Assembly (NCBI GenBank): GCA_041662965.1
Contig: JBAZRI010000003.1
Location: forward strand, 1,331 to 65,330
From: Patescibacteria group bacterium
GTDB taxonomy: Bacteria > Patescibacteriota > Patescibacteriia > Patescibacteriales > GWC2-42-12
DNA length: 64,000 nucleotides
Reading direction: 5' to 3'
In this document: piece after piece, positions 1-8,638 of the stretch
Numbering within the stretch: position 1 is the first letter of the stretch
How the letters are laid out: every line of letters starts with the position of its first letter
Notes under the pieces: model-generated
Seen by the model: the letters and a program-made list of their open reading frames with translations, nothing else
Databases searched by the model: none
What the model was told of the DNA's origin: nothing
Translations under genes and position numbers: made by a program

Positions 1-655
1 TATAATTTTCCGCGGTTAATTTTTTGAAAAAATCTCCGCTCGCGGTTGTTCCGATTTTAATTAATTTATCCCACTGGAGCGGAACTTTACCATACCAATC
101 TTTCTCGCTGAAATTTATGCCGTTGATTAAAATTTTCGCCGGCGCGTTTAAAGAGCTTATATCAGTTTCCCTGTCAATCGGTACGTTGCTTTTAAAATCG
201 TTGCCCTCAAACTCGGAATTTTTATTAATCAGCGAATATTTTCCGTCTGAAGTTTTTTTAAAGCGGATAACTTGTTTGCCTGACGGATTTTGCGGTTGGA
301 TGAATTCATTAATGATTTCTCCTCCGCCATTGATATTCGCGACTTTATAATATTCTATCGGCGGCATGCCGGTCGCATCGGCCGCGTAGTCAACTAATTT
401 TAAATCTTCCAGTTTTACCGGTTCGGCCAGCCATTCAATCTCTCCGTCTGGCTTTACTTCTTCAATCGGTCTTGCGGGAGGCACGCCGATTATATTGGTA
501 TTTTTAGGCTCGGTTAAATACCCGGGATTTGCCTCAATGCTCACCTGCGGTTTCTGTTTCTCGGCTATGTTTTGCCAGCTTAAAAAGCCTAAAAATACCG
601 CTCCGGCCAATAAAAAAACACTAAGTAAAATAATAACAATTTTGTTTGAAAACAT
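1..655 (-). CDS. hypothetical membrane-anchored protein, 3' end cut by the window edge
   Basis: My own minus-strand translation from the ATG at 655-653 (MFSNKIVIILLSVFLLAGAVFLGFLSWQNIAEKQKPQV...) stays open to position 1. It has an N-terminal hydrophobic helix. It is missing from the ORF track because it is truncated. The + ORF 24..350 is its antisense shadow. Confidence 0.55.
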   Translation of the reverse strand, partial: MFSNKIVIILLSVFLLAGAVFLGFLSWQNIAEKQKPQVSIEANPGYLTEPKNTNIIGVPPARPIEEVKPDGEIEWLAEPVKLEDLKLVDYAADATGMPPIEYYKVANINGGGEIINEFIQPQNPSGKQVIRFKKTSDGKYSLINKNSEFEGNDFKSNVPIDRETDISSLNAPAKILINGINFSEKDWYGKVPLQWDKLIKIGTTASGDFFKKLTAENY

Positions 656-740
656 AAATTTATAATTAATAATAAAATTTATTTTTTGTAATTTTACCTT
701 ACCATTTATCGGCTAATATTTCAACTTTACTCTAAAATAC

Positions 741-762
741 AAAAAACACCCCTTTCGGGGTG
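741..762 (-). terminator. rho-independent terminator downstream of ftsZ
   Basis: Hairpin CACCCC-TTTC-GGGGTG at 747-762, preceded on the + strand by A6 (741-746). On the minus strand this reads as a hairpin followed by a U-run. Confidence 0.6.
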
Positions 763-959
763 CTTAATATATAAGGAAATGGATTGTCGTGGCTTCGCCA
801 GATCTCGCGTAGCGATGACGAGATCAAGTCCGCAATGACAAATAATATTTATTTTAAAAAATTTTATGGCCGTAGAGCTTTGCTCGCTATAAAATTTTTT
901 AAAATACCTTTAATTTTTGAAAGTATTGAAAACTTTTTTGTAAAAAGTTTTCAAAGATT

Positions 960-2138
960 TTACATCATCTTCTTCCGAATAAACGCCGGAATGCCGAGTT
1001 CGTCTTCTTCTTCGGCCTCGGCGCTCTTTTTCTGCGCCGGCTCCGATTGCGCCTGCTTTAAAGGAGAAATCTTGCTTTTCTTTTTAGTCATCTGCTCTTT
1101 ATTTTCTTTATCCTCTTCCGCGGTAATATAAGGATTAGGCGTATAAATTCTATCCGAAGAAATAACTTCGCTAACGCCGACGCGGCGGCCGTCAAAACCG
1201 GTCGCCACCACGGTTATTTTAATTTCATCTTTATATTTTTCATCAATTACGGCGCCGAAAATAATTTTTGCGTCTTCGTCAACCGAAGAAGTAATTACTT
1301 TAGCCGCCTCGTTAACTTCATGCATGGATAAATTCGGTCCGCCGACGATCGTGAATAATATGCCGCGCGCGCCTTCTATGGACATCTCTAGAAGCGGCGA
1401 ACTAATAGCCGCCTTAGCCGCTTCAATGGCTTTATTCTCGCCCGAAGCCTGCCCGATGCCCATTAAGGCCGAGCCGGCGTTAGCCATAACCGCTTTAACG
1501 TCCGCGAAATCAACGTTGATTAAACCGGGAACGGTGATTAATTCGGAAATGCCCTGAACGCCCTGGCGCAGTACTTCGTCAACCACCATAAAAGCGTCCA
1601 AGAGCGAAGTTTTTTTATCAATCACCTGTAAAAGCTTATCATTAGGAATGGTAATTATGGTATCCACTTTATCGGCCAGCTCGGATAAGCCGCGCTCGGC
1701 GATATTTTTTCTTTGCGCGCCTTCAAAAGCAAACGGCTTAGTTACGACCGCTACGGTTAAAGCGCCTAAGTCTCGGGCGATCTCGGCAATAGAAGGCGAA
1801 GCTCCCGTACCGGTTCCGCCGCCCAGCCCGCAAGTGACAAAAACCATATCCGCGTCTTTTAGCATGTCGCGAATTTCATTTTGCGCTTCTTCGGCCGAAC
1901 GCTTGCCCAATTCCGGATTCATGCCCGCGCCTAAGCCGCGAGTTATGGTTTTCCCGATATGTATTTTTTTTGAAGCTTTATTATAATGAAGAGCCTGAAC
2001 ATCGGTATTAACCGCGATAAACTCAACTCCTCTGATGCCGGAATCAATCATGCGGTTAACCGCGCTGCCGCCCGAACCGCCGACGCCGATGACTTTTATT
2101 TTAGCAAATGTTTCCACGACTGGTTTTACTTCAGCCAT
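960..2138 (-). CDS. ftsZ: cell division GTPase FtsZ
   Basis: 392 aa. Carries the tubulin signature [29 protein letters not shown], and a C-terminal IPAFIRKK tail peptide. It lies directly downstream of ftsA. Confidence 0.97.
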   Translation of the reverse strand: MAEVKPVVETFAKIKVIGVGGSGGSAVNRMIDSGIRGVEFIAVNTDVQALHYNKASKKIHIGKTITRGLGAGMNPELGKRSAEEAQNEIRDMLKDADMVFVTCGLGGGTGTGASPSIAEIARDLGALTVAVVTKPFAFEGAQRKNIAERGLSELADKVDTIITIPNDKLLQVIDKKTSLLDAFMVVDEVLRQGVQGISELITVPGLINVDFADVKAVMANAGSALMGIGQASGENKAIEAAKAAISSPLLEMSIEGARGILFTIVGGPNLSMHEVNEAAKVITSSVDEDAKIIFGAVIDEKYKDEIKITVVATGFDGRRVGVSEVISSDRIYTPNPYITAEEDKENKEQMTKKKSKISPLKQAQSEPAQKKSAEAEEEDELGIPAFIRKKMM

Positions 2139-2340
2139 ATTAATAAAATTACGAATTATAAATTACGAATTATGAATTTTATATCCACCGCTTACATATT
2201 TTATCCTCCATTATTCATAATTCTCTATTACAATATTAACCTATAATAAAAAATATATCAAGCCCTTGTTTGCCAAACGGTTTTATGGACTTTTTGCAAA
2301 CTGTATAAAAGATTTATACACTTGACCAGCAGTATTCAGG

Positions 2341-2482
2341 TTGGGTGAAATTTATAAAATTTTCGTGCTCGCCCCGTTAAATAGGCTTCGCCTCCCGCAG
2401 GGATTTAACGGGGCGAGGACTGTTTGAGCTCGAGTAATCTCGAGCGAGTTCCGCAGTAGAAAATTTTATGAATTTAACCCAA
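2341..2482. repeat. nested palindromic repeat, copy A (ftsA-ftsZ spacer), carrying an inner CCCCGTTAAAT hairpin at 2370-2415
   Basis: Outer arms are ttgggtgaaatttataaaattttc / gaaaattttatgaatttaacccaa. The conserved core is GAGGACTGTTTGAG-[stem-loop]-CGAGTTCCGCAGTAG, shared with the copies at 33372, 52011, 56448 and 63919. Confidence 0.8.
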
Positions 2483-2497
2483 CCGCCAGCTAAAAAT

Positions 2498-3763
2498 TTA
2501 CGGTATCAGCGACTTAAACCATTCTTTAACTTGCTCCAGCCCTTTACCGGCCGCGCCGCCGGTCGGCCAGCTTATTCTTGAAGTCTTTTTGCGCTTGGTT
2601 AACTGGTTGCCCCAGGCGACGAGTCCTAAGGCGGTCAGATAATTAACATCATTAACTTTATCAATGGCTAAAGAAATATTTTGGTTAGAGCCTAAGCAGG
2701 CGGGCAAACGCAATTTATTTTTCGCCACCTCCACCAAATCATTTAATTTAGCGCCGCCGCCAATTAAGAAAACTCCGGCCGGCAACATCCCGCTACGGTC
2801 TATCTTTTTTAATTCATTGTCAATTTTTTCAAAAATTTCTTCAACCCGGGCTTCAATGATTTCCGCCACGTATTTTTTAGAAATCACCATGCTGTCTTCG
2901 GAAATATTTTCTTCTTTAGCTAGGTCGCTCGCGTCCACTTCGTCTTTTTTCGTAAATTTATCGCTCTTAGCCGAGCCGTATTCAAGCTTAATTCTTTCGG
3001 CTAAATTAATCGGGCACCTTAAGCCGATAGCCACGTCGGCGGTTATATGCTCGGAGCCGATGGGAATAACCGCGGCGTGGAGCAGTTCGCCTTCTTCAAA
3101 AACCGCTAAACTCGTGGTAGACGAGCCGATATTGATTAAAGCCGCGCCCAGCTCTTTTTGCTTGGCGCCGATAACGACTTCGGCCGCGGCCAAAGGCGAT
3201 AAAACCAGATCTTCAATTTCTAAACTGGTGCGGTAAATCGCTTTGGTTAAATTTTTTATCTGGCTGCTTAGCCCCTGAATAATTAAAGTTTCAACTTCCA
3301 GCCTGACGCCGGTCATGCCGATCGGATCTTTTATGTCTGCCTGGTTATCCACGGAAAATTTAACCGGTATGACATGAAGGATTTCATAATTCGGCGGCAC
3401 GGATAAAGCCTGGGCGGCTTCCACCGCCCGGTTAACGTCATCCTCGGTTATTTCATTATCGCTCCGGCCGACCGCGACCACGCCCTGGCTTTTTTCGCAT
3501 TTTAAATTCGGGCCGTTTATGCCTACCCAGACATTGGTAACCGGCACGCCGATTAATCTTTCGGCTTTTTCCAGGCAGGACGAAATCGCCGAAGTCGCGT
3601 CTTCAATGCTGTTAACCGCGCCCCGGTTTATGCCTTGGGCCGACACGGTAACCGCGCCTAAAATTTGCAATTGTTCGCCTGACTCATTGGCCTTTCTTTG
3701 GCCGACTACCAGCCTGACTGACGTTGAGCCGATATCCAAGCCGGCAATAATATTTTCTTTCAT
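2498..3763 (-). CDS. ftsA: cell division protein FtsA
   Basis: 421 aa actin-fold ATPase with motifs DIGSTSVRLVVG, INIGSSTTSLAVF and LIGGGAKL. It is upstream of ftsZ. Confidence 0.93.
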   Translation of the reverse strand: MKENIIAGLDIGSTSVRLVVGQRKANESGEQLQILGAVTVSAQGINRGAVNSIEDATSAISSCLEKAERLIGVPVTNVWVGINGPNLKCEKSQGVVAVGRSDNEITEDDVNRAVEAAQALSVPPNYEILHVIPVKFSVDNQADIKDPIGMTGVRLEVETLIIQGLSSQIKNLTKAIYRTSLEIEDLVLSPLAAAEVVIGAKQKELGAALINIGSSTTSLAVFEEGELLHAAVIPIGSEHITADVAIGLRCPINLAERIKLEYGSAKSDKFTKKDEVDASDLAKEENISEDSMVISKKYVAEIIEARVEEIFEKIDNELKKIDRSGMLPAGVFLIGGGAKLNDLVEVAKNKLRLPACLGSNQNISLAIDKVNDVNYLTALGLVAWGNQLTKRKKTSRISWPTGGAAGKGLEQVKEWFKSLIP

Positions 3764-3902
3764 AATTATGTCAACTTTTATTAAATGCTTTTTAATGACA
3801 ATGAATACATTATTTATACAGTCTCATTATAACACAAAAATTCTATTTTTAACAATCGCCTAATTGAATTTACAATATAAGTTTCTCTATTGCCGACAAT
3901 TC

Positions 3903-4334
3903 TCACAATAAATACAGATTATAATATAAAATCGCTTTGCCTAAAATATAATCTTTGCAAGGATTAAAGAAGTCTATGCCTTGCGAATTATCCCCTTTGG
4001 TGATAAAACAGCCGTCTTGTTCGCCAATAACCCGATGAACGATTATCCGGCCCCGGGAAGGATCGTAAAAAGCTATAATCTGATTATTTAAATCTTCGCC
4101 TTGAGCTATTGATTTAATAACAACGATATCTCCTTTGGCTATTACCGGCAGCATTGATTCTGATTTAATCAGTAAAATCGGAGCCGGGGCGCCAAAAATT
4201 ATCGGCAAGGAAAAATAAACGATAAAGACTATTTCTAAAATAATCCCCAAGCCAATCTCCAGCTTAAGCCAGTTAAAATTCTTTAATAATTTGCTGTTCA
4301 TTTTCAATCTTAACCAATTTATAATTAATGCCAT
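3903..4334 (-). CDS. signal peptidase I, SipW/archaeal-ER type (S26B)
   Basis: Motifs SESMLP (Ser nucleophile), GDIVV, IIVHRV (His) and TKGDN. It has an N-terminal TM helix. The start is ATG 4334 or ATG 4301; either overlaps the upstream gene. Confidence 0.75.
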   Translation of the reverse strand: MALIINWLRLKMNSKLLKNFNWLKLEIGLGIILEIVFIVYFSLPIIFGAPAPILLIKSESMLPVIAKGDIVVIKSIAQGEDLNNQIIAFYDPSRGRIIVHRVIGEQDGCFITKGDNSQGIDFFNPCKDYILGKAILYYNLYLL

Positions 4335-4926
4335 TCTCTTTCAGAAATAACAAAAAATTATCAATAAATGATACATACGAATCCGTATCATAAACTATAA
4401 CAACTTCTTTGATGGCATAACCGGAGATAATCTTTTGAATATCCCGCGTTTCTTCCTCGCTTTGGCAAAATTTTCCTTTAGAGAGCGGGGTATAATCATA
4501 AGGCCCCGGACTTGGGTTTTGCCAATTGCTCGTGCAAAAATTATCAACAATCACCACGCCGTTATTGTTAGAGATGGCATTCATGAATACTTCTTGATTA
4601 ACTTCGCCTGCTTTAACCGAACTTTTCTCTTTAAATATGGATGGCACGATTATTACGGAATTATTGCCATTAAACGTCTTGCCGACAACTCCGTTTAGAA
4701 CCTTATAAGTGTTAAAATTCAAACCGTTTAAATCGCCTAAAATCAACTTAAAATCACTTTTACCGTTTTTGGCAAAGTAGGAGAAGCTTAATTTTTGCTC
4801 CGTGAATTTAGAACTGATAGCTGAATTAAAATCACTTTGCTTATTTTTCGCGATAACAAACACCAAGGCTAAAACAATCAGCAGGGCGAAAAAAGCCAGA
4901 TTTAATTTTTTATTCTTTCTTTCCAT
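4273..4926 (-). CDS. hypothetical N-terminally anchored protein
   Basis: 217 aa with one N-terminal TM helix. Its ends overlap both neighbours, consistent with an operon. I recognised no motif. Confidence 0.5.
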   Translation of the reverse strand: MERKNKKLNLAFFALLIVLALVFVIAKNKQSDFNSAISSKFTEQKLSFSYFAKNGKSDFKLILGDLNGLNFNTYKVLNGVVGKTFNGNNSVIIVPSIFKEKSSVKAGEVNQEVFMNAISNNNGVVIVDNFCTSNWQNPSPGPYDYTPLSKGKFCQSEEETRDIQKIISGYAIKEVVIVYDTDSYVSFIDNFLLFLKENGINYKLVKIENEQQIIKEF

Positions 4927-7783
4927 TATATTCGTTCAACTCCTTGATATAATTATTGACTTCCTTTACATAGCTGTCGGTGCTGTCAACTTCCGGATAG
5001 AGATAAGTTCGGAGGCCGTGGTAAAAGCCTTGGGACAGGAAGAAATAATCAACAACTTGATCTTTGTCCAGTTTCAGCTCATCGGACTTAAAAGTCAGAT
5101 TGATTGAACCTCCTCTGATAATATGGGCATAATTATAGTCTTGTTTCAGAAGTTTAGAGGTTACGTCCCCGTCTCTTGAGTTAAGCGCTTTGGTCAGTTG
5201 CAGTTCCTCGGTCTTAAATGGCTCGTCTTCAGAAGTTGTTAGGTTTATTTTGTCCAGGCTATGGATGGCTGTCCAGCCAAGCTTTAAAGTAATAATGCCG
5301 TTTTTGTCTATAAAACTGCTAAGATCCACCTTACTAAACTCATTGCTTTTTATGGCTCTGGGATGAAAATCCTGGCCGGCTTTAGCCCATTGTCCTGTTT
5401 TGTCCAGATAACTTGTTAACATTATTGAAGCCGGATAACCTTCCTCAAGCGGGCTGGTAATTAATTTAGGCACAAAATTACTCTCCCAGGAGGTTATGGA
5501 TAGGAAAGGCTTTAAAGCCAAATCATCCACTTTAAACTTTAAGACAATATAGTCGCCCGGATTTTTTCTTATTCTTTTATCATCCGCTTGGCTGATAGCT
5601 TCCAGACATGATTGGCCTTTTTCATCCAGACAGCTAAATGGCTTAATCTCGCCTAGCTTAGAAACGTAAATATCATAATTATCCGAATAGGCCAAAGAAT
5701 CTTTATCATGGACTACTCTGAAAAGCTGAACTCTGTCAAAATTACTCTCTTCCGGCTCTAGTTCCTTAATTTGCAGACTAATTAGATTGTCTTCAATCTT
5801 GGGCTGTAACTTAAGCCTATATATATCCTGGGGCAAAAATGAACGGCCTAATTCATTGTTTTTATACGCCTTCTCAACTTCTTTAATCGTCATGCCATCT
5901 TTTTGGAAATAAGTGCCCATTATGTCATTTTCAATCAGATACTTATCATTTTTGGTTAGAGTGAAGAGGTAGGGGGTGCTCATAGGTGGAGGACATGCCA
6001 CATTCGGTGTAACGCAATATGTTGTCTCTGTCTGCCGCCATCCGCTAGGAGTACACATTCTATAATACCCCGTTTGAGCGCAGGTATCGCAAGCAACTGA
6101 ACCAGTAGACTGAGTAAGCAAGTTTGTCGCCCAGCAAGTTCCTCCGCAAGCAGGGCAAGAAATAGAGCCTCCCGCCGTTGCCTGCGTTGTTCCATCGGGA
6201 AATTTTATGCCTCCGCTTGTTGATTCAATTGTGCCATTCACGGTAAGTTTTTGTCCCGGATTCGCCGTGCCGATGCCGACATTGCCGCTTAAATTTACTC
6301 TGAATAATTGTTCTAACGGACCGCTTATCCCATTGCCTCGGCCGACCACAAAAAGAGCGTTATTTAAATAAGCTCCGCTGGCAGTTGAATTAGAGCCATC
6401 AGTAGACACGGAAAGCACGGGAGTTGTGCCTACATAATACGAACCGCCATTAGTTCCGGCTGAACTAAAAATTCCAGCTCCAGATCCATCGTAAATTGTG
6501 AGTTTTCTAGTTGGCGCCACCGTGCCGATGCCGACATTCCCCTCATTAGTTAAAGTTAAAATATTTTTCTCGCCTGCCGGAGTATTATTCCAAAATCTTA
6601 AATCCTCGGTAGTTCTATCTTGATAAACGCCCCAATGCTTATTTGCTCCGGCTACGCTCTGAATATCAATTTCCGCGTTATCGCCGCTGGCGCCGTAAAC
6701 ATGGAGTAACTTATTGGGAGAAGCCGTGCCGATACCAACCTTGCCTTTTACGCTTCCCGGCCAATCAAATATAATATTACCGCCGCTGTCATTTGATCTG
6801 TTGAAAATAGTCATTAGCCTTGTCGCGGCAGTGAAGGAAAGGCCCATTTCATATTGCGAACCGTCTTGATATCTGCTGGCTATTTTATAATCACCCCAGG
6901 TTGTTCTGATATTCCCGGCCACTTCTAATTTATCCTCGGGCGCCAGCGTGCCGATGCCGACGCTGCCAGCGAAATAAGACTTGGCGGGATTATTAGAATA
7001 AAGCGACCACGTGTTGGCGTTGTAGGCTGTTCCGTCAATATAAACTCCATAATTAGAGGCTGCGGCGTTGCCTTGAAAATATCCGCCGATATTCTGCGCC
7101 GCTCCGGCGCCGGCCGCTTGGGCAACAATGCCGAAATTAGAACCGGTTGTCGCGTTGACCAAAACATTTATCCCCCTATCATTAGCCGCGGCTGATTGAA
7201 TATCAAGTTTATAGGCTGGCGATAAGCCAATCCCAACTTTATTGCCTATAATTAAATTTCCAGCAGGATTAAGCCTTGCCTGCTCAACCCCGCCGACATA
7301 AAACACATGGCTCACGCCTGCCGGCACTATATAATCAAGCTGTGAACCTGAAATTCCGAATCCAAGGACATTAATAGTATCATCATACATTATCATCTTC
7401 GGGTTTGCCCCGGCCGTTGAACTATAGGTTGCCCCTAAATTAATCGCATCAGGAGCCGCGCTGCCTACTGAAGCAAAATTGCCTATTTGTAATTTTTCAG
7501 TCGGATCCATCGTGCCGATGCCGACGTTGCCTTGCCCAACAATTAGGCCGGACACTGCCGGCGCGGTATTAGCAATATATAAAGCGCCTTGCATTGTCTG
7601 CACTAAATTTGAACCGCTGTTTATAGGCGCGGAACAGCCTGCGGTTCCGGACGTACAGGTTGGCGGATTGGCTAAAGGCGCGGTCCAGTCGGCTAAAAGA
7701 GATTGAAAAGAGATAGATAGGCCGAGGGTAAAAATAACGGCGCCAATAAAGAGAAAGGAAATTTTAGAATTTTTTCTAAACAT
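4910..7783 (-). CDS. large secreted fibre-like repeat protein
   Basis: 957 aa with a signal/TM N-terminus. Six spaced copies of G-x-VGIGT/L-x2-P-x2-3-KL-x-V/I, then a Cys-rich knot (CPACGGTCW...CDTCAQTGYYRMC), then an unassigned C-terminal domain of about 350 aa. Confidence 0.75.
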   Translation of the reverse strand: MFRKNSKISFLFIGAVIFTLGLSISFQSLLADWTAPLANPPTCTSGTAGCSAPINSGSNLVQTMQGALYIANTAPAVSGLIVGQGNVGIGTMDPTEKLQIGNFASVGSAAPDAINLGATYSSTAGANPKMIMYDDTINVLGFGISGSQLDYIVPAGVSHVFYVGGVEQARLNPAGNLIIGNKVGIGLSPAYKLDIQSAAANDRGINVLVNATTGSNFGIVAQAAGAGAAQNIGGYFQGNAAASNYGVYIDGTAYNANTWSLYSNNPAKSYFAGSVGIGTLAPEDKLEVAGNIRTTWGDYKIASRYQDGSQYEMGLSFTAATRLMTIFNRSNDSGGNIIFDWPGSVKGKVGIGTASPNKLLHVYGASGDNAEIDIQSVAGANKHWGVYQDRTTEDLRFWNNTPAGEKNILTLTNEGNVGIGTVAPTRKLTIYDGSGAGIFSSAGTNGGSYYVGTTPVLSVSTDGSNSTASGAYLNNALFVVGRGNGISGPLEQLFRVNLSGNVGIGTANPGQKLTVNGTIESTSGGIKFPDGTTQATAGGSISCPACGGTCWATNLLTQSTGSVACDTCAQTGYYRMCTPSGWRQTETTYCVTPNVACPPPMSTPYLFTLTKNDKYLIENDIMGTYFQKDGMTIKEVEKAYKNNELGRSFLPQDIYRLKLQPKIEDNLISLQIKELEPEESNFDRVQLFRVVHDKDSLAYSDNYDIYVSKLGEIKPFSCLDEKGQSCLEAISQADDKRIRKNPGDYIVLKFKVDDLALKPFLSITSWESNFVPKLITSPLEEGYPASIMLTSYLDKTGQWAKAGQDFHPRAIKSNEFSKVDLSSFIDKNGIITLKLGWTAIHSLDKINLTTSEDEPFKTEELQLTKALNSRDGDVTSKLLKQDYNYAHIIRGGSINLTFKSDELKLDKDQVVDYFFLSQGFYHGLRTYLYPEVDSTDSYVKEVNNYIKELNEYNGKKE

Positions 7784-7805
7784 AAATTTTTATTTAAAAA
7801 ATAAA

Positions 7806-8177
7806 TTATTTTTTAAAAATTTCCCAAAAATACGGAAAAAATATAATCGCGCCGGTAATAATCGCGGCCAAAGAGGCTAATAACACTCCGGCCGCCATAA
7901 TATCTTTAATCTCTTTGACATAAGTATTAATTCTCGGCTTTAAAACATCGGTAATGCGCTCAACCGCGCTGTTGGCGATTTCCGCGACTAAAACTAAAGA
8001 GATCACCAGCGTTAAAATCGCCCATTCAATCCGGCTGATGCAAAAATAAAATCCTAAAATTACAACCGCCAAACTGACAAAAGTCTGGATTTTTAAATTC
8101 TGCTCTTCGCGGAAAGTTTTAAATAATCCTTTATAAGCGTAACCGAAGCTTTTAAATAATCTGCTTATTTTTATCAT
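7806..8177 (-). CDS. dgkA: diacylglycerol/undecaprenol kinase (DgkA family)
   Basis: 123 aa with 3 TM helices. YAYKGL and EIANSAVERITD motifs match prokaryotic DAGK. Confidence 0.85.
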   Translation of the reverse strand: MIKISRLFKSFGYAYKGLFKTFREEQNLKIQTFVSLAVVILGFYFCISRIEWAILTLVISLVLVAEIANSAVERITDVLKPRINTYVKEIKDIMAAGVLLASLAAIITGAIIFFPYFWEIFKK

Positions 8178-8629
8178 AAATGCTTCTTAATAAACTCCTC
8201 TCCTATTTTTATCATCTTCTCCCGCTGTTTTTCCGTTTTGTCATTATAACCCAATAGATGCAACAAGCCATGCGTTAAAATAAAAATCAATTCTTTTTCC
8301 GCGCTGTTTTTAAATTGCTTAGCCTGTTTTTTAACCTGATTATAATCAATAATAATTTCTCCGAAATAATCGCCGCCGCCAATAAACGATAAAACATCAG
8401 TCGCCTTATTTAAGCCGCGATAAGTCAAATTTAATTTTTTCATTTCCGCGTCGCCGATAAAAGCCAGAGAAATTTCTTTATTTTTAATTTTATTCACCCC
8501 GTTAAATTGCTTCACACCCCGCTTTAGCGGGGATTTAACGGGGTAAACTCGGCCAAAAACGCTTATGACTTTCTTTACTAGTTTTAAATTAATTTTATAA
8601 TTAGTCTGATTATTAATTTCTATTTTCAT
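8174..8629 (-). CDS. ybeY: rRNA maturation endoribonuclease YbeY
   Basis: HGLLHLLGYND zinc motif and TDVLSF. It overlaps dgkA by 4 nt. It contains an in-frame hairpin-repeat insertion at 8496-8544. Confidence 0.88.
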   Translation of the reverse strand: MKIEINNQTNYKINLKLVKKVISVFGRVYPVKSPLKRGVKQFNGVNKIKNKEISLAFIGDAEMKKLNLTYRGLNKATDVLSFIGGGDYFGEIIIDYNQVKKQAKQFKNSAEKELIFILTHGLLHLLGYNDKTEKQREKMIKIGEEFIKKHL

Positions 8630-8638
8630 ATCAGCCGC

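Noticed and set aside
24-350. ORF-track entries antisense to strong genes (for example 24..350, 784..1131, 1324..1557, 1648..1986, 2664..3236, 3519..3863, 27024..27413, 28413..28739).
   Set aside because: Each lies entirely within, or opposite to, a CDS with clear family motifs (ftsZ, ftsA, R-M enzyme and others). Their sequences are low-complexity and carry no motif, so they are shadow ORFs.
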